A stretch of 64,000 nucleotides of DNA from NCBI GenBank assembly GCA_965222375.1, contig CBDCTZ010000015.1:768001-832000 (forward strand), given 5' to 3'. Under the pieces are notes generated by a model that ran no database searches, was not told the origin of the DNA, and saw only the letters and a program-made list of their open reading frames with translations. Made by a program: the position numbers and the translations under genes. Of the stretch, positions 27,714 to 36,907 are shown piece after piece. How positions within the stretch are numbered: position 1 is the stretch's first letter; every line of letters starts with the position of its first letter. The DNA is from Polyangiaceae bacterium (GTDB taxonomy: Bacteria; Myxococcota_A; Polyangia; Polyangiales; Polyangiaceae).

Positions 27714-29039
27714 CTAAGACCTGGGGCGCAATCCAAATTTCGCCAGCAAGCGACCTAGGTGCGTGCGGTCCAACCCCGCGATTCGGGCAGCGGCGGACTG
27801 ATTGCCACCCGTTTGCTTCATGAGCTCCACGAGGTAGTGCCGAGTGAACACGTCGACGATGAGCTCTTTCTGTGCGGCGTAGCTGCTGCTCGTGTCCACG
27901 GCAGCAGCAAGCGCCAGATCCAGCACCTGAGCCTGGGAGCGGTTCTTGCGCGGCAAGACCCCAAGAGCAGCGTAGCCCTGAACGACATTTCGCAGTTCTC
28001 GCACGTTGCCTGGATACTCACGACGCTCCAGCTCCCCCAGGATCTCCGCTGGCAGAGCATCCAGCTCGAAGTCCCTCGCAAACTTCTGGGCGAGACGGGG
28101 GACGTCCTGTCGACGTTCCGCGAGGGCGGGCACTTCCAACCGTACGACCGCCAGTCGATAGAAGAGATCCTCACGGAAGCCGCCAGCGGCCACCTCGACC
28201 TCCAGGTCCCGATTGGTCGCAGCAATGATCCGAGCGTCCGTGGGCAGGTCTTGCTCACCACCCACGGGTCTGAACACACGGCTCTCCAGGACACGCAACA
28301 GGGCGGGCTGGAGCTCCAATGGGAGCTCGGCAATTTCGTCCAGGAAGAGCGTGCCGGAACGGGCGCGCTCGAAAGCTCCCTTTCTTGACTCATAGGCGCC
28401 CGTGAACGCGCCTCGTTTGTGTCCGAACAGCTCCGTGCCGATCAGGTCCTTGGGGATGGCGCCGCAATTCACCGTATCCAGCGGCCCGGAAGCGCGACTC
28501 GACCCAGCGTGAATGGCCTCGGCAACAAGCTGTTTGCCAACGCCAGACTCGCCTTCAATGAGCACGGTTGCAAGAGAACCTTCCAATCGGGAAAGCAATG
28601 CGAACAACCGCTTCATTGCCGGGGCAGTCCCAAGCATGTTGTGGTACTCGTCCTCCTCGTAGTGCAGCTCATTCGCTAGAACGGCGTCGTCCAGATGCAG
28701 GTCGACGGTGAGCCCTTCACCACCGAGCATGAGTTGCGCGCCAATATTGAGCACGATGCGTTCCACCCGCTGTCCCAGGTAGAAGGTGCCGTTGCGGCTA
28801 TCGAGGTCTCGAACAAGCACTCCCTCCGGAACGAGGGAAAGCTCCACGTGACGGCGCGAGACGGTCCTGTCCGACACGACCAGATCGCAGTCTGACCCTG
28901 TACCAATGACGGAAGGCGCCGTAGTCAAGCGAAGGCTGCCCGCACTACCGTCCGGGCCTCGCAAGCGGACAAAAGCCACCAGCGGCCCCGGACGTTTCTC
29001 TTGCTTGACCCGCCGGGTCCCGTCGTCCGTGTCACCCAT
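27714..29039 (-). CDS. FHA-domain sigma54-dependent enhancer-binding protein
   Basis: FHA VSRRH...DLDSRNGT; GESGVGK; ELFGHKRGAFTGA; LFLDEI; FREDLFYRL; PGNVREL; Fis-type HTH. Confidence 0.97.
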   Translation of the reverse strand: MGDTDDGTRRVKQEKRPGPLVAFVRLRGPDGSAGSLRLTTAPSVIGTGSDCDLVVSDRTVSRRHVELSLVPEGVLVRDLDSRNGTFYLGQRVERIVLNIGAQLMLGGEGLTVDLHLDDAVLANELHYEEDEYHNMLGTAPAMKRLFALLSRLEGSLATVLIEGESGVGKQLVAEAIHAGSSRASGPLDTVNCGAIPKDLIGTELFGHKRGAFTGAYESRKGAFERARSGTLFLDEIAELPLELQPALLRVLESRVFRPVGGEQDLPTDARIIAATNRDLEVEVAAGGFREDLFYRLAVVRLEVPALAERRQDVPRLAQKFARDFELDALPAEILGELERREYPGNVRELRNVVQGYAALGVLPRKNRSQAQVLDLALAAAVDTSSSYAAQKELIVDVFTRHYLVELMKQTGGNQSAAARIAGLDRTHLGRLLAKFGLRPRS

Positions 29040-29050
29040 GTTGGCAGGGT

Positions 29051-30769
29051 TCAGGCATCTGCACCGCGATCCATGAAATTACCTACGCTTTGCATGAATG
29101 TCTTCACATCCCAGGAATCACTCGTGTTGGTCAGCTTTCGCTTGAGGAAGTAATCGGCGACCGAGACCTTGTGCTGCGACGCCATCGCTTGCACTCGCTC
29201 GGCTTCTTCCACCAGAATGACAGCCTGAAGCAAGCGTGACAACCGGTGGGTGAACTCGAGAGCGTAGCAGGCGCGGAATTCCGGCTCCGCGAGTGCATCA
29301 ACCCAAGTCCCCAGCTCATCCAACCGGCACTTCAGGGACTCGGCCTGCCTGGCAAGGCGCTCGGAGGTGTGAAGCAACAGCGGACGGAAGTGCCCATCTA
29401 GTACGGACCAGGCGTTTCCGCGAGCAACGCTCTGGGCTACGTGCAGCGCGATTACGTTGTGGGTCCCTTCCCAGGTCTCATACACCAGCATGTCGCGATA
29501 CAGCCGAGGCAAGACCGAGAACGGCTCAATGGTCCCGTTGCCGCCAAGGACGTGGATCGCGGCACGAACGCCTTCACTAGCTTGCCTACTCGTGATGTAT
29601 TTCGCCACATTGCTGACAATAGCGGCGACTTCCAGCTCGGGGGAGCGGGAGCCATCCAGCGGTTCGAATAGCTCGGCGGTTTTGAAGCACAGTGCCACTG
29701 CTGCGTCGCTCTCCGCCTGGATGTCACGAAGCTGAGCACGAAGCATGGGATACTCCGCGATGCGCTTGCCAAACGCCTTACGAATATTCGCGTATCTGCT
29801 GGCTTCTAGCCAGGCTCTGCGAATCGCGCCGGCACAAACCGTCGCGTTGTAGAGTCGTGAGAGATTCAGCCCGATGTCCAACATCTGGCGGAAGCTGGTT
29901 TCGAGAGGCCCAAACGGAAGTGCAACCGCACCATCGAAGTCGATTTCCGCGGAAGCCAATGTGCGGGTGCCCAGCTTGTCTTTGAGGCGCCGAATCGCAA
30001 ACCCGTTGACCTGGCCATCTTCACGCTTGCGAGGCACCAGGAACATCGCCAAACCGCGGGTACCTCGTGATTCCGGGTCCACGCGCGCGGACAACAAGAA
30101 CAGATCTGCGCTGGCGTTGGAACAGAACCACTTTTCTCCCGCAACCCGCCATGTGCCGTCCGCGTCACGACTGGCGGCAGTCTGGTTCCCTCCCACATCG
30201 CTGCCACCTTGCACCTCAGTCAGAAAGAAGGCGGCTTCTAGCCGATCCTCAAAGCATGTCGTGGTCAACGGGCCCAGGTACTGCTCCTTCAAGGAGTCAT
30301 CCGCAAAAGCTGCTGCCATCACCGCCGTACCAATGGTCGCGATGACTGGGCACGCATAGCCGGCCTCCCCATTGTGAGCGAGTAGGTAGTACAACGCGAG
30401 ACGACGCATCAGATCGCCGGCACCTCGATGGGCTAGCATGCCGCTTTCCCAAACTCGCCGACCGATCTGGTCGTGGTTGGGGTGGAAGCAAACCTGTTCC
30501 ACCCGCTCACCGTCTTCGGTGAACCTACGCAGAAAGGGCCAGTTTTCCGGACGGTCCTCTTCACGCGCCAGGACATCGATCTCGCTGGCGCTAACTGAAC
30601 CGAAGCGCTCGAGCTCCGGAGCAACGACCCCGAAAAGGTCCTCCCCCAGACGCTGTCGAAGCGTCTCTTGGAGGCTCATGTCAACGTCGAAGTAGTTGCT
30701 CGGCGCGGACCGGCGCCAGCGGGCAAGCTCGCCGCGTGCGTGGTCGTAGGCCGCAGTCCGGTGATTCAT
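29051..30769 (-). CDS. Acyl-CoA dehydrogenase, AidB-like
   Basis: FLTEVQGGSDV, GEKWFCS, RRLKDKLGTRTLASAE, LGGNGTIE, TWEGTHNV; GAGGTG RBS. Confidence 0.93.
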   Translation of the reverse strand: MNHRTAAYDHARGELARWRRSAPSNYFDVDMSLQETLRQRLGEDLFGVVAPELERFGSVSASEIDVLAREEDRPENWPFLRRFTEDGERVEQVCFHPNHDQIGRRVWESGMLAHRGAGDLMRRLALYYLLAHNGEAGYACPVIATIGTAVMAAAFADDSLKEQYLGPLTTTCFEDRLEAAFFLTEVQGGSDVGGNQTAASRDADGTWRVAGEKWFCSNASADLFLLSARVDPESRGTRGLAMFLVPRKREDGQVNGFAIRRLKDKLGTRTLASAEIDFDGAVALPFGPLETSFRQMLDIGLNLSRLYNATVCAGAIRRAWLEASRYANIRKAFGKRIAEYPMLRAQLRDIQAESDAAVALCFKTAELFEPLDGSRSPELEVAAIVSNVAKYITSRQASEGVRAAIHVLGGNGTIEPFSVLPRLYRDMLVYETWEGTHNVIALHVAQSVARGNAWSVLDGHFRPLLLHTSERLARQAESLKCRLDELGTWVDALAEPEFRACYALEFTHRLSRLLQAVILVEEAERVQAMASQHKVSVADYFLKRKLTNTSDSWDVKTFMQSVGNFMDRGADA

Positions 30770-30863
30770 GAGCACCTCGCCCAGCCAAGGACTTGCACAG
30801 CACGCGACCGGCGTCTCCACACTGATGCCAAGACAGAGGGTGATCTGACGCTAGGTGGCACTG

Positions 30864-30926
30864 GCATGCAGCATGCGTGGTGCGGCATGCGGCACGCATG
30901 CTGCAGCCTGCGACATGCGTGCTGCA
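30864..30926. repeat. Degenerate 7-bp tandem repeat x9 containing a perfect 13-bp inverted repeat
   Basis: gcatgca gcatgcg tggtgcg gcatgcg gcacgca tgctgca gcctgcg acatgcg tgctgca; IR arms at 30867-30879 and 30893-30905. Confidence 0.8.
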
Positions 30927-31026
30927 TTGCACCCGGTCGGCTTCGCCAACGACGCGTCCCTCTGCAACCTCCGCCCCCGGGGCGTTCGGACCAGCAACAT
31001 CCGACACGCGAACGCGGTGAAACGCC

Positions 31027-31042
31027 TGGCATGCCCAGTGCA
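31027..31042 (+). promoter_or_regulatory. Putative sigma54 promoter (leadered)
   Basis: TGGCATGCCCAGTGCA, -12 C 40 nt before the ATG at 31081. Confidence 0.55.
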
Positions 31043-31080
31043 CGCTGCATTCGCGCTCTGAGCCTGTTCTTGAGTGAAGG

Positions 31081-33108
31081 ATGGTCGCTATCGCGCATTT
31101 CGAAACCTTGTCCGACGCCCGAAAACCCTGGGAGTCGCTCGCTGGAGAGCAACGAACGTGCCTCACCATGCTTGCGGTTTTTGGAGGTTTCTCCTTCGAC
31201 CTACACGCGGCCGCCGCGGTCCTGGATATCGCTCCCGTCAAAGCACTGCGAACATTGCAACGCTTCGACCTGCAGGCCGCGCCATCGGCTTCGTTTCCAG
31301 ATGACAGGCGCTATTGCCTGCCCCAACGGACCCAGCTGCGAGCAGGCTTGGAGCTACAGCAACTCCCGTTCAAGGAGCTGGTCGAAGCCCGCTTTGTTAG
31401 ATACTTCAGCGAGTTCGCACGAACTTCCCGTCTCCGCTACGAGAATGGCGGCGTCATAGAGGCACTTGAAGGATTACGAAGAAACCGGGACCACCTGCTT
31501 CAAGCCGGAGCGCTGATTGAAGGGGAGCAACCTGAAACCTTCGCACAAATCGTGTTGGCAACCCATGTCGTTGACATGGGCCACGGCATGGATCGGCGAC
31601 ACCTTGAACGACTGCGCCGCGCCCATGAGGCCACCAGAGAACTCAACCAGGAGCTGAACGCTCGTTGCAGCATCGCTATCTCAGAGGTTCTGCAACGACT
31701 AGGCAACACCCCCGCCGCACTCCACGAGTTGGAATCCTCCGCCGTATCCAAGGGCTACACCGCCGCACTACGAAGCAGAATCGCGCTTGCAATGTCTTCC
31801 CTGCATCTCGAGCAGCGACGACCCGAGGAGGCCCGACGACATTGTGATCTCGGGTTGGGCACGGAATCCGGCCGGGACTCCCGACTCGAAGCAGCCCTGC
31901 TCGGTGTCCGCGCGATGGCGAACGCCGCCATGGGAGGGAGCGAAAGAACCCTGAACGATTTCGAAATAGCCATGGCTGTCCAGCGCCGTGCCGGTCACCT
32001 GACGGCGCTCGGTTCAACCGCGCTCTCCAAAGGGGAAGCACACATCCGCCTGGGAGAGCTCGAAGAAGCCCTTGCATGCTTTGACGTTGCACGGGTAGCG
32101 GGCACGGACATTAGCGACCAGCATCAGGTCGCGTTGGCCGAATGCAGACTAGGCGCTGCAAAACGAGACCTGGGTAGCTTTGCCGAGGCAGAACGCCACC
32201 TGCAAACCGCCTTGGAGCTAACGGAACCACAGGGCCGCTCGAGCCTCGCGAGGATGACCTGGCGAGAGCTCGGGCTCCTACGCCATGAGCAGGGCCGCTT
32301 GGGTGCAGCGCGAGGATGCTATCTACGAGCGCACGATCCGTCGAAGGACGCGTCGGGCCTTGCGCCGGTGCCCGTGTACACTGCGCGCGGGCTCTTGGAG
32401 CTCGACTCTTGGCGGCTGGAACACGCCAGGTCGGAGTTCGCGGAAGCGCGGCGCTTGGCAGTTCTGGGTACCGAAAAGCGCGACCTGCTCCTTTCGCACC
32501 TCTGTCTGGCGGCGGTCCTCGTGTTCTGCGAGGAGTCTTCTTTTGCGCGAAGACTCGTGAAGGACGCTCGAGAGATGGGGGACACAACCTGGTTGGCCGA
32601 GCCCATCTCGAGAGTAGTCGAAACTCTCGAGACTGCAGCGCGCTCGACCGAGGCGCGTTCCGGGCGGCCTCCCTTGCTCGACCCCGTCACTCAATGCGCC
32701 AATGCCGAGCTACGAGCTCTTGCACGAGTGATGCTACGTCACTGGCGCAAGCACCAGCGCCGCGTTTCGAGAAACCGCGACGGAGAGTCGAGAGATCTGA
32801 AAATCGACCTGGTTCTGCGGACAGCACGGCTGGGCGGCAAGAAGCTGCGGCTACGCCACCGCCGGGCGCTGTGGCGCATACTGCTGCGCCTCGCAAGAGC
32901 AGAGGGAAACAGAGTAGTGAGCGCCAACGAGCTGGTCGCGGAAGGCTGGCGAGGGGAGCGCATCGACGAAAAGGCGGCGGCCGCACGGTTGTACTTCGCC
33001 GTATATGAACTACGCCGCCTTGGGTTGAAGGGCGTAATCCTGACTTCGAAGAATGGCTACGTGATCTCGGACGAAGTTCGCATCGTGATCAAGTCGTCGA
33101 CAACCTAG
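31081..33108 (+). CDS. TPR-repeat protein with C-terminal winged-helix; STAND-regulator-like but without an ATPase domain
   Basis: WESL...LAVFGGFSFDLHAAAAVL; several TPRs; ELVAEGWRGERI...RLYFAVYELRRLGL wHTH; no Walker A seen. Confidence 0.8.
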   Translation: MVAIAHFETLSDARKPWESLAGEQRTCLTMLAVFGGFSFDLHAAAAVLDIAPVKALRTLQRFDLQAAPSASFPDDRRYCLPQRTQLRAGLELQQLPFKELVEARFVRYFSEFARTSRLRYENGGVIEALEGLRRNRDHLLQAGALIEGEQPETFAQIVLATHVVDMGHGMDRRHLERLRRAHEATRELNQELNARCSIAISEVLQRLGNTPAALHELESSAVSKGYTAALRSRIALAMSSLHLEQRRPEEARRHCDLGLGTESGRDSRLEAALLGVRAMANAAMGGSERTLNDFEIAMAVQRRAGHLTALGSTALSKGEAHIRLGELEEALACFDVARVAGTDISDQHQVALAECRLGAAKRDLGSFAEAERHLQTALELTEPQGRSSLARMTWRELGLLRHEQGRLGAARGCYLRAHDPSKDASGLAPVPVYTARGLLELDSWRLEHARSEFAEARRLAVLGTEKRDLLLSHLCLAAVLVFCEESSFARRLVKDAREMGDTTWLAEPISRVVETLETAARSTEARSGRPPLLDPVTQCANAELRALARVMLRHWRKHQRRVSRNRDGESRDLKIDLVLRTARLGGKKLRLRHRRALWRILLRLARAEGNRVVSANELVAEGWRGERIDEKAAAARLYFAVYELRRLGLKGVILTSKNGYVISDEVRIVIKSSTT

Positions 33109-33140
33109 CTACCGCTGCGGCGCAGGTTGCGGCATCCATG
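32992..33140 (+). repeat. Direct repeat B, copy 1 (3' end of the 31081 gene plus downstream DNA)
   Basis: Coding part has 16 mismatches in 117 nt versus 34764-34880 by hand count. Confidence 0.93.
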
Positions 33141-33294
33141 AGCGCGACTGGGCCCATTCTATCGACACGTCGGCATCCTACGGCTTCCGAGCGCATCTGC
33201 TGGCACGTCTGAGCGCGCTCAGAACACCCAAGGGAGCCACGGTAGCCCCTGCACGAGAACGGCGCGACCACGCGGCCTGATGGTCGACGACGCG

Positions 33295-34680
33295 TCACTT
33301 CGGAAGACAGCCATCATTGCTCGCACCCGCGTGGCCATATGTACCGATACAGGCGTCGAGTCGCTTCAAGTCCATATCGCACGCGCAGGAACTCACGAGA
33401 CGCAGATTGGTGACTTGGTCACTCGGATCGAGCGCGACGATCGACACCTGACCTCCAAGGGCAGTCGCGGCGATTGAAGTGCACGCGGTTCGCCACTTGC
33501 TGCTGCCCGAAGGTTGGCTGAACCAAATCTGCCCCAACTCGCGTCCGCTGCACGCCAGGTTGCCAGCCACGACGGAGAAGTTCGACGAGGCGCTTGAACT
33601 CCTCAGATCGAAAGCAAGACCATACGAAGCTGTCGGATCGGCCGGCGCACTGCAGAGCTGTCGCTGTACGGTTGGTCCTGCGACCCCTCCCTGGCCTCCG
33701 TCGGACCCCGCGCTGCCCCCGCTGGAACCCGCACCTCCGCCAGTGCTGATGCCTGCCGATCCGCCGGTGCTGATGCCCGCACTGCCCCCAGTTCCGCCAG
33801 TGCCTGAGCCTGCCGATCCGCCGGTGCTGGAGCCCGCGCTGCCTCCACTGGAGGGTCCGCCGCCGCTGCCTCCAACACCGGAAGAGCCTCCAAAGGCGCC
33901 CACGCCACCGAGGTTAGAGAGCCCATCACCGAAACCGGTACCACCGGTGCTGAAACCCGCACTACCGGAGGCGAGCGCGGGATCGTTTGGATCGAGACAC
34001 GGCAAGCTCGTGTCACAGTTGGCAGTCCAGCTCACGGGTGGATTCTCATATCTCGGGCAAGTGGAGCCACCGTCGGCCGGAAAACCACCACTCTTGTTGT
34101 GAACCAAGACACCCTCCGCGAAGTAATTGTGGTGCTCGGCAACTTCGATGTTGTAGACCTGGGTGGGAATGATGTCGACGCCCGCTTGAAAGCCGCTGGC
34201 AACCGCGCTCATCACGTCATTCGCCTCATTGAGAGCGAGCAGTCGCGCGTCCCCAGCGACTTCGTCCGCCCGCACGTATCGACGCTCATCCGGCAAGTAG
34301 AAAGGGTGATTGGCGGTTACGCCAAGACTCCTACCGCTAGTGAGAGAAAACCGCCCAGGGACGATGTCCGCATAGACCATCGTGCTTACGACGGGTCGCG
34401 GCACGACACGGTGCTGATTCTCGTCGTAGGCAAGCACGAGATCACCCACTTGCAACCCTTCGATGGAGCGTTCTCCGCGGGGAGTGGCGATCCGGGTCCC
34501 GGCTACAAAACACGTGTGCAGTCCCCCGGTCGCACCTGAACCGGCTGTTCCCCCGCTCCCCCCTGAACCGGCTGTTCCCCCACTCCCCCCGGTCTCGTTC
34601 GCGGTGCCACCGCACGCCAGCAGGGCGAAAGTGAGTGGCCAAATGAGCTTGAACTTCACATAGGCTATTGTCGTGTTCAT
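33295..34680 (-). CDS. Lipoprotein with internal Hint (bacterial intein-like) domain and Cys-rich C-terminal passenger
   Basis: Lipobox LLAC; short Gly linker; CFVAGT...TANHPF...VYNIEVAEHHNYFAEGVLVHN; second Gly linker and Cys-rich domain. Confidence 0.92.
   Translation of the reverse strand: MNTTIAYVKFKLIWPLTFALLACGGTANETGGSGGTAGSGGSGGTAGSGATGGLHTCFVAGTRIATPRGERSIEGLQVGDLVLAYDENQHRVVPRPVVSTMVYADIVPGRFSLTSGRSLGVTANHPFYLPDERRYVRADEVAGDARLLALNEANDVMSAVASGFQAGVDIIPTQVYNIEVAEHHNYFAEGVLVHNKSGGFPADGGSTCPRYENPPVSWTANCDTSLPCLDPNDPALASGSAGFSTGGTGFGDGLSNLGGVGAFGGSSGVGGSGGGPSSGGSAGSSTGGSAGSGTGGTGGSAGISTGGSAGISTGGGAGSSGGSAGSDGGQGGVAGPTVQRQLCSAPADPTASYGLAFDLRSSSASSNFSVVAGNLACSGRELGQIWFSQPSGSSKWRTACTSIAATALGGQVSIVALDPSDQVTNLRLVSSCACDMDLKRLDACIGTYGHAGASNDGCLPK
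34096..34512 (-). other. Hint/BIL domain (139 aa, no homing endonuclease)
   Basis: Cys1, block-B TxxH, terminal His-Asn followed by Lys. Confidence 0.9.
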
Positions 34681-34696
34681 ATTGACGAACACGCCG

Positions 34697-34712
34697 AGCA
34701 ACAGGCGTACCA
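34697..34712 (-). promoter_or_regulatory. Putative sigma54 promoter
   Basis: TGGTACGCCTGTTGCT; ATG at 34680 is 18 nt after the -12 C. Confidence 0.75.
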
Positions 34713-34763
34713 ATCGCCCTGGCTTTGCTCGGCCCAATACTGCAAGAACGGGAACCGCGATGC

Positions 34764-34921
34764 CATTTCGCTATGTATGAATTGCGCCACCTCGGGTTGA
34801 CGGGCGTATTCCTGACTTCGAAGAATGGCTGCGTGATCTCGGACGAATTTCGCACCGTGCTCAAGTCGTCGGCAACCTAGCTACGGCTGCGGCACACGTA
34901 CTGCACGCTGCGGCATCCATG
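34764..34921 (+). repeat. Direct repeat B, copy 2 (orphan 3' gene end)
   Basis: Translates HFAMYELRHLGLTGVFLTSKNGCVISDEFRTVLKSSAT* versus YFAVYELRRLGLKGVILTSKNGYVISDEVRIVIKSSTT*. Confidence 0.93.
34890..34905 (+). promoter_or_regulatory. Putative sigma54 promoter inside repeat B copy 2
   Basis: CGGCACACGTACTGCA; ATG at 34919 is 15 nt after the -12 C; copy 1 lacks about 9 nt here. Confidence 0.65.
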
Positions 34922-35615
34922 CAGCAGGAGCGACTCGTCGCGCTCCAGCCCGGCCAGAAGTCCGCGTGCTGCGATTCCCCAACCGCGCCGGCGTCGTGTT
35001 CGACGCTCCCGAAGCGTCGGATGCGCGAGCAAAAGTGCCAAGACATGCAACGAGCAGACGTTCGTGGAAACCTGCACGACGCCCACCTCGAGAAAGCACT
35101 GTGACTCATGTGTGGTCAAAACCACCGACTGCAGCACGGTCATTTCTATCACCCCAAGCACGGGTCAGATCACGAAAGAACCCGGCAAGTGCGCCATCGT
35201 CGCGGGCGAGGCCAAGTGTGTTCGCGCTAGCGAACCGACCTGCGACCCGGCTCAGACCCCGGACAAGTGCGTGGGGAACACCGCCGTCTACTGCGACGGC
35301 CTGGTTCGGAAAGTGGATTGCGCCGCCTTGGGACAGGAGTGCGCAGTGGCCAAGGGTTGGGCAGGCTGCCGTCCAACGGGCGCTAAACCCTGCACGCTGT
35401 CGCACGAGATGTCCTGTGCCGACGCAACTACGGTTAGTAGCTGCTGTCCGCCCAATGGGCTTTTCGATCCAGACTCTCCGAGCTCCTCCACAATGCTGCG
35501 CTGCGTCCCCGGCTACGAAGCCCGCTACGACTGCGTGAAGCTGAAGTTCGACGCCTCCTACGTCTGCAGCTCGCCTTTTCCTTTCTTCGCGGAATGCCGC
35601 TACCCAAAAAGCTGA
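34919..35615 (+). pseudogene. Cys-rich lipoprotein gene with a frameshift near 35012
   Basis: The ATG 34919 frame joins the SVGCASKSAKTCNEQ...ECRYPKS frame if one base in ccgaagcgtc is removed; the signal h-region looks eroded. Confidence 0.6.
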
Positions 35616-35660
35616 TCACTGTGGCAGCCATCGCCTGCGATGGCATCTACTTTCAACGCT

Positions 35661-35676
35661 TGGCACGAAGCCTGCT
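35661..35676 (+). promoter_or_regulatory. Putative sigma54 promoter
   Basis: TGGCACGAAGCCTGCT; ATG at 35690 is 15 nt after the -12 C. Confidence 0.75.
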
Positions 35677-35689
35677 TCGGTTCCTACTC

Positions 35690-36295
35690 ATGATGCCCAA
35701 ATCCTCTCGACTAGGTCCCCCATTGTTCACGCTCATCTGCGCCTTGACTTGCAGCGGTTGCGGCGGGTCTAGCGAACCGACATCGAGCAGCGTGGCGCCG
35801 GACGCTGGCGAGGCGGGTTCGCAGAGCGACTCTGGCGTAGTCACGCAGACTGACTCCGGCGTAGTCACGCAGACTGACTCCGGTGAGGCTGGCATGCCAA
35901 GTGATAGTGCCCCGCCAATTGGGACCCCTGGTTCGCACGTTTGGGGCACGTCGAGCGTTGCGGTCAAACTAGAACACCATTGGTTCTATGACACTTGGGG
36001 TCCAGATGCGAGTCCGCCGGCTGGGGGAAGTAAGTGTTGGAGTTATGCTCGCGAGAGCATGTCCGCTGCCGAGCTGTTGAAACTGGAAGAGCTGGTTCTG
36101 ATTCCGATCAAAGAGAACTGCATGTCAGACGGATTCTCGTACTACAAACTCACCGTCATTGACGGCCAGGGTGGCGCGATGGTTTTCAGCGACACGGGTT
36201 GCAGCCATCGCAAAGTCGCGGGGGCGACCGCCATGCTTCCTCAAACGTTTGGCGGTGCGTTCGCTGGAGGCACCGGCGTTGCCTGCGACAAGTAA
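35690..36295 (+). CDS. Lipoprotein of unknown function
   Basis: Lipobox CSGC; duplicated DSGVVTQT linker (24-bp repeat at 35828-35875). Confidence 0.82.
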   Translation: MMPKSSRLGPPLFTLICALTCSGCGGSSEPTSSSVAPDAGEAGSQSDSGVVTQTDSGVVTQTDSGEAGMPSDSAPPIGTPGSHVWGTSSVAVKLEHHWFYDTWGPDASPPAGGSKCWSYARESMSAAELLKLEELVLIPIKENCMSDGFSYYKLTVIDGQGGAMVFSDTGCSHRKVAGATAMLPQTFGGAFAGGTGVACDK

Positions 36296-36822
36296 CCGCT
36301 AGCTGGTGCACCCGGCAGCGGAGACCTAACGCTCTCCGATTCGAACCCATCCAGTGTGTAGCGCGTCGCGGGAGGCGCAGCCGAAGAGCATATCGTGAGG
36401 GATACACCCAGTATCGGGCGACCTGCACCCGAGCGGACAACGGCCTTTGGGCTCGTTTCTCCACCCAAATCTTGCTTGTGCGCGACGAGAATGGTGCCGA
36501 GCCACAAGTCACGGCAGGCAACAAATCGTCATGGCTGATGTCGCTGATGACTCGCTCGAAAGGCGGATTTCGGCTCGAAGTGAGGCGCCGTGGGGATCAG
36601 CCACGCTCCACACGCGTAAAGAAGGTTGGGGTTGGGGTCGAGCACCGGTGCGCCCCAGGCCGCTACTCCCGCCCTAGGCCTAGCTCGACCATCCGGACCT
36701 GTTGGCCCCAGACGTGCATCTCTGTCCGGATCTGTGCCACGCAGGCTCCCGCTGAGCGGTAGTGCCAAGCCGGAGTTGGCGCTATAACGGGTATGTGGCG
36801 TCTTTTCGCCCATAGCCGGCTC

Positions 36823-36838
36823 TGGCTCGCCGGTTGCA
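36823..36838 (+). promoter_or_regulatory. Putative sigma54 promoter
   Basis: TGGCTCGCCGGTTGCA; ATG of an 11-codon uORF at +14; main ATG at 36908 has AGGAGG. Confidence 0.7.
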
Positions 36839-36907
36839 CGCGTTCTTGAGATGGGTCGCAGCCAGGCCCCATCGTCTGTGGCTTAATGGACCCTCAGGAG
36901 GCTTCTC

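Noticed and set aside
34096..34512. Classical mobile intein
   Set aside because: No endonuclease, Lys at +1, and the host is not a conserved enzyme; treated as a BIL/Hint domain.
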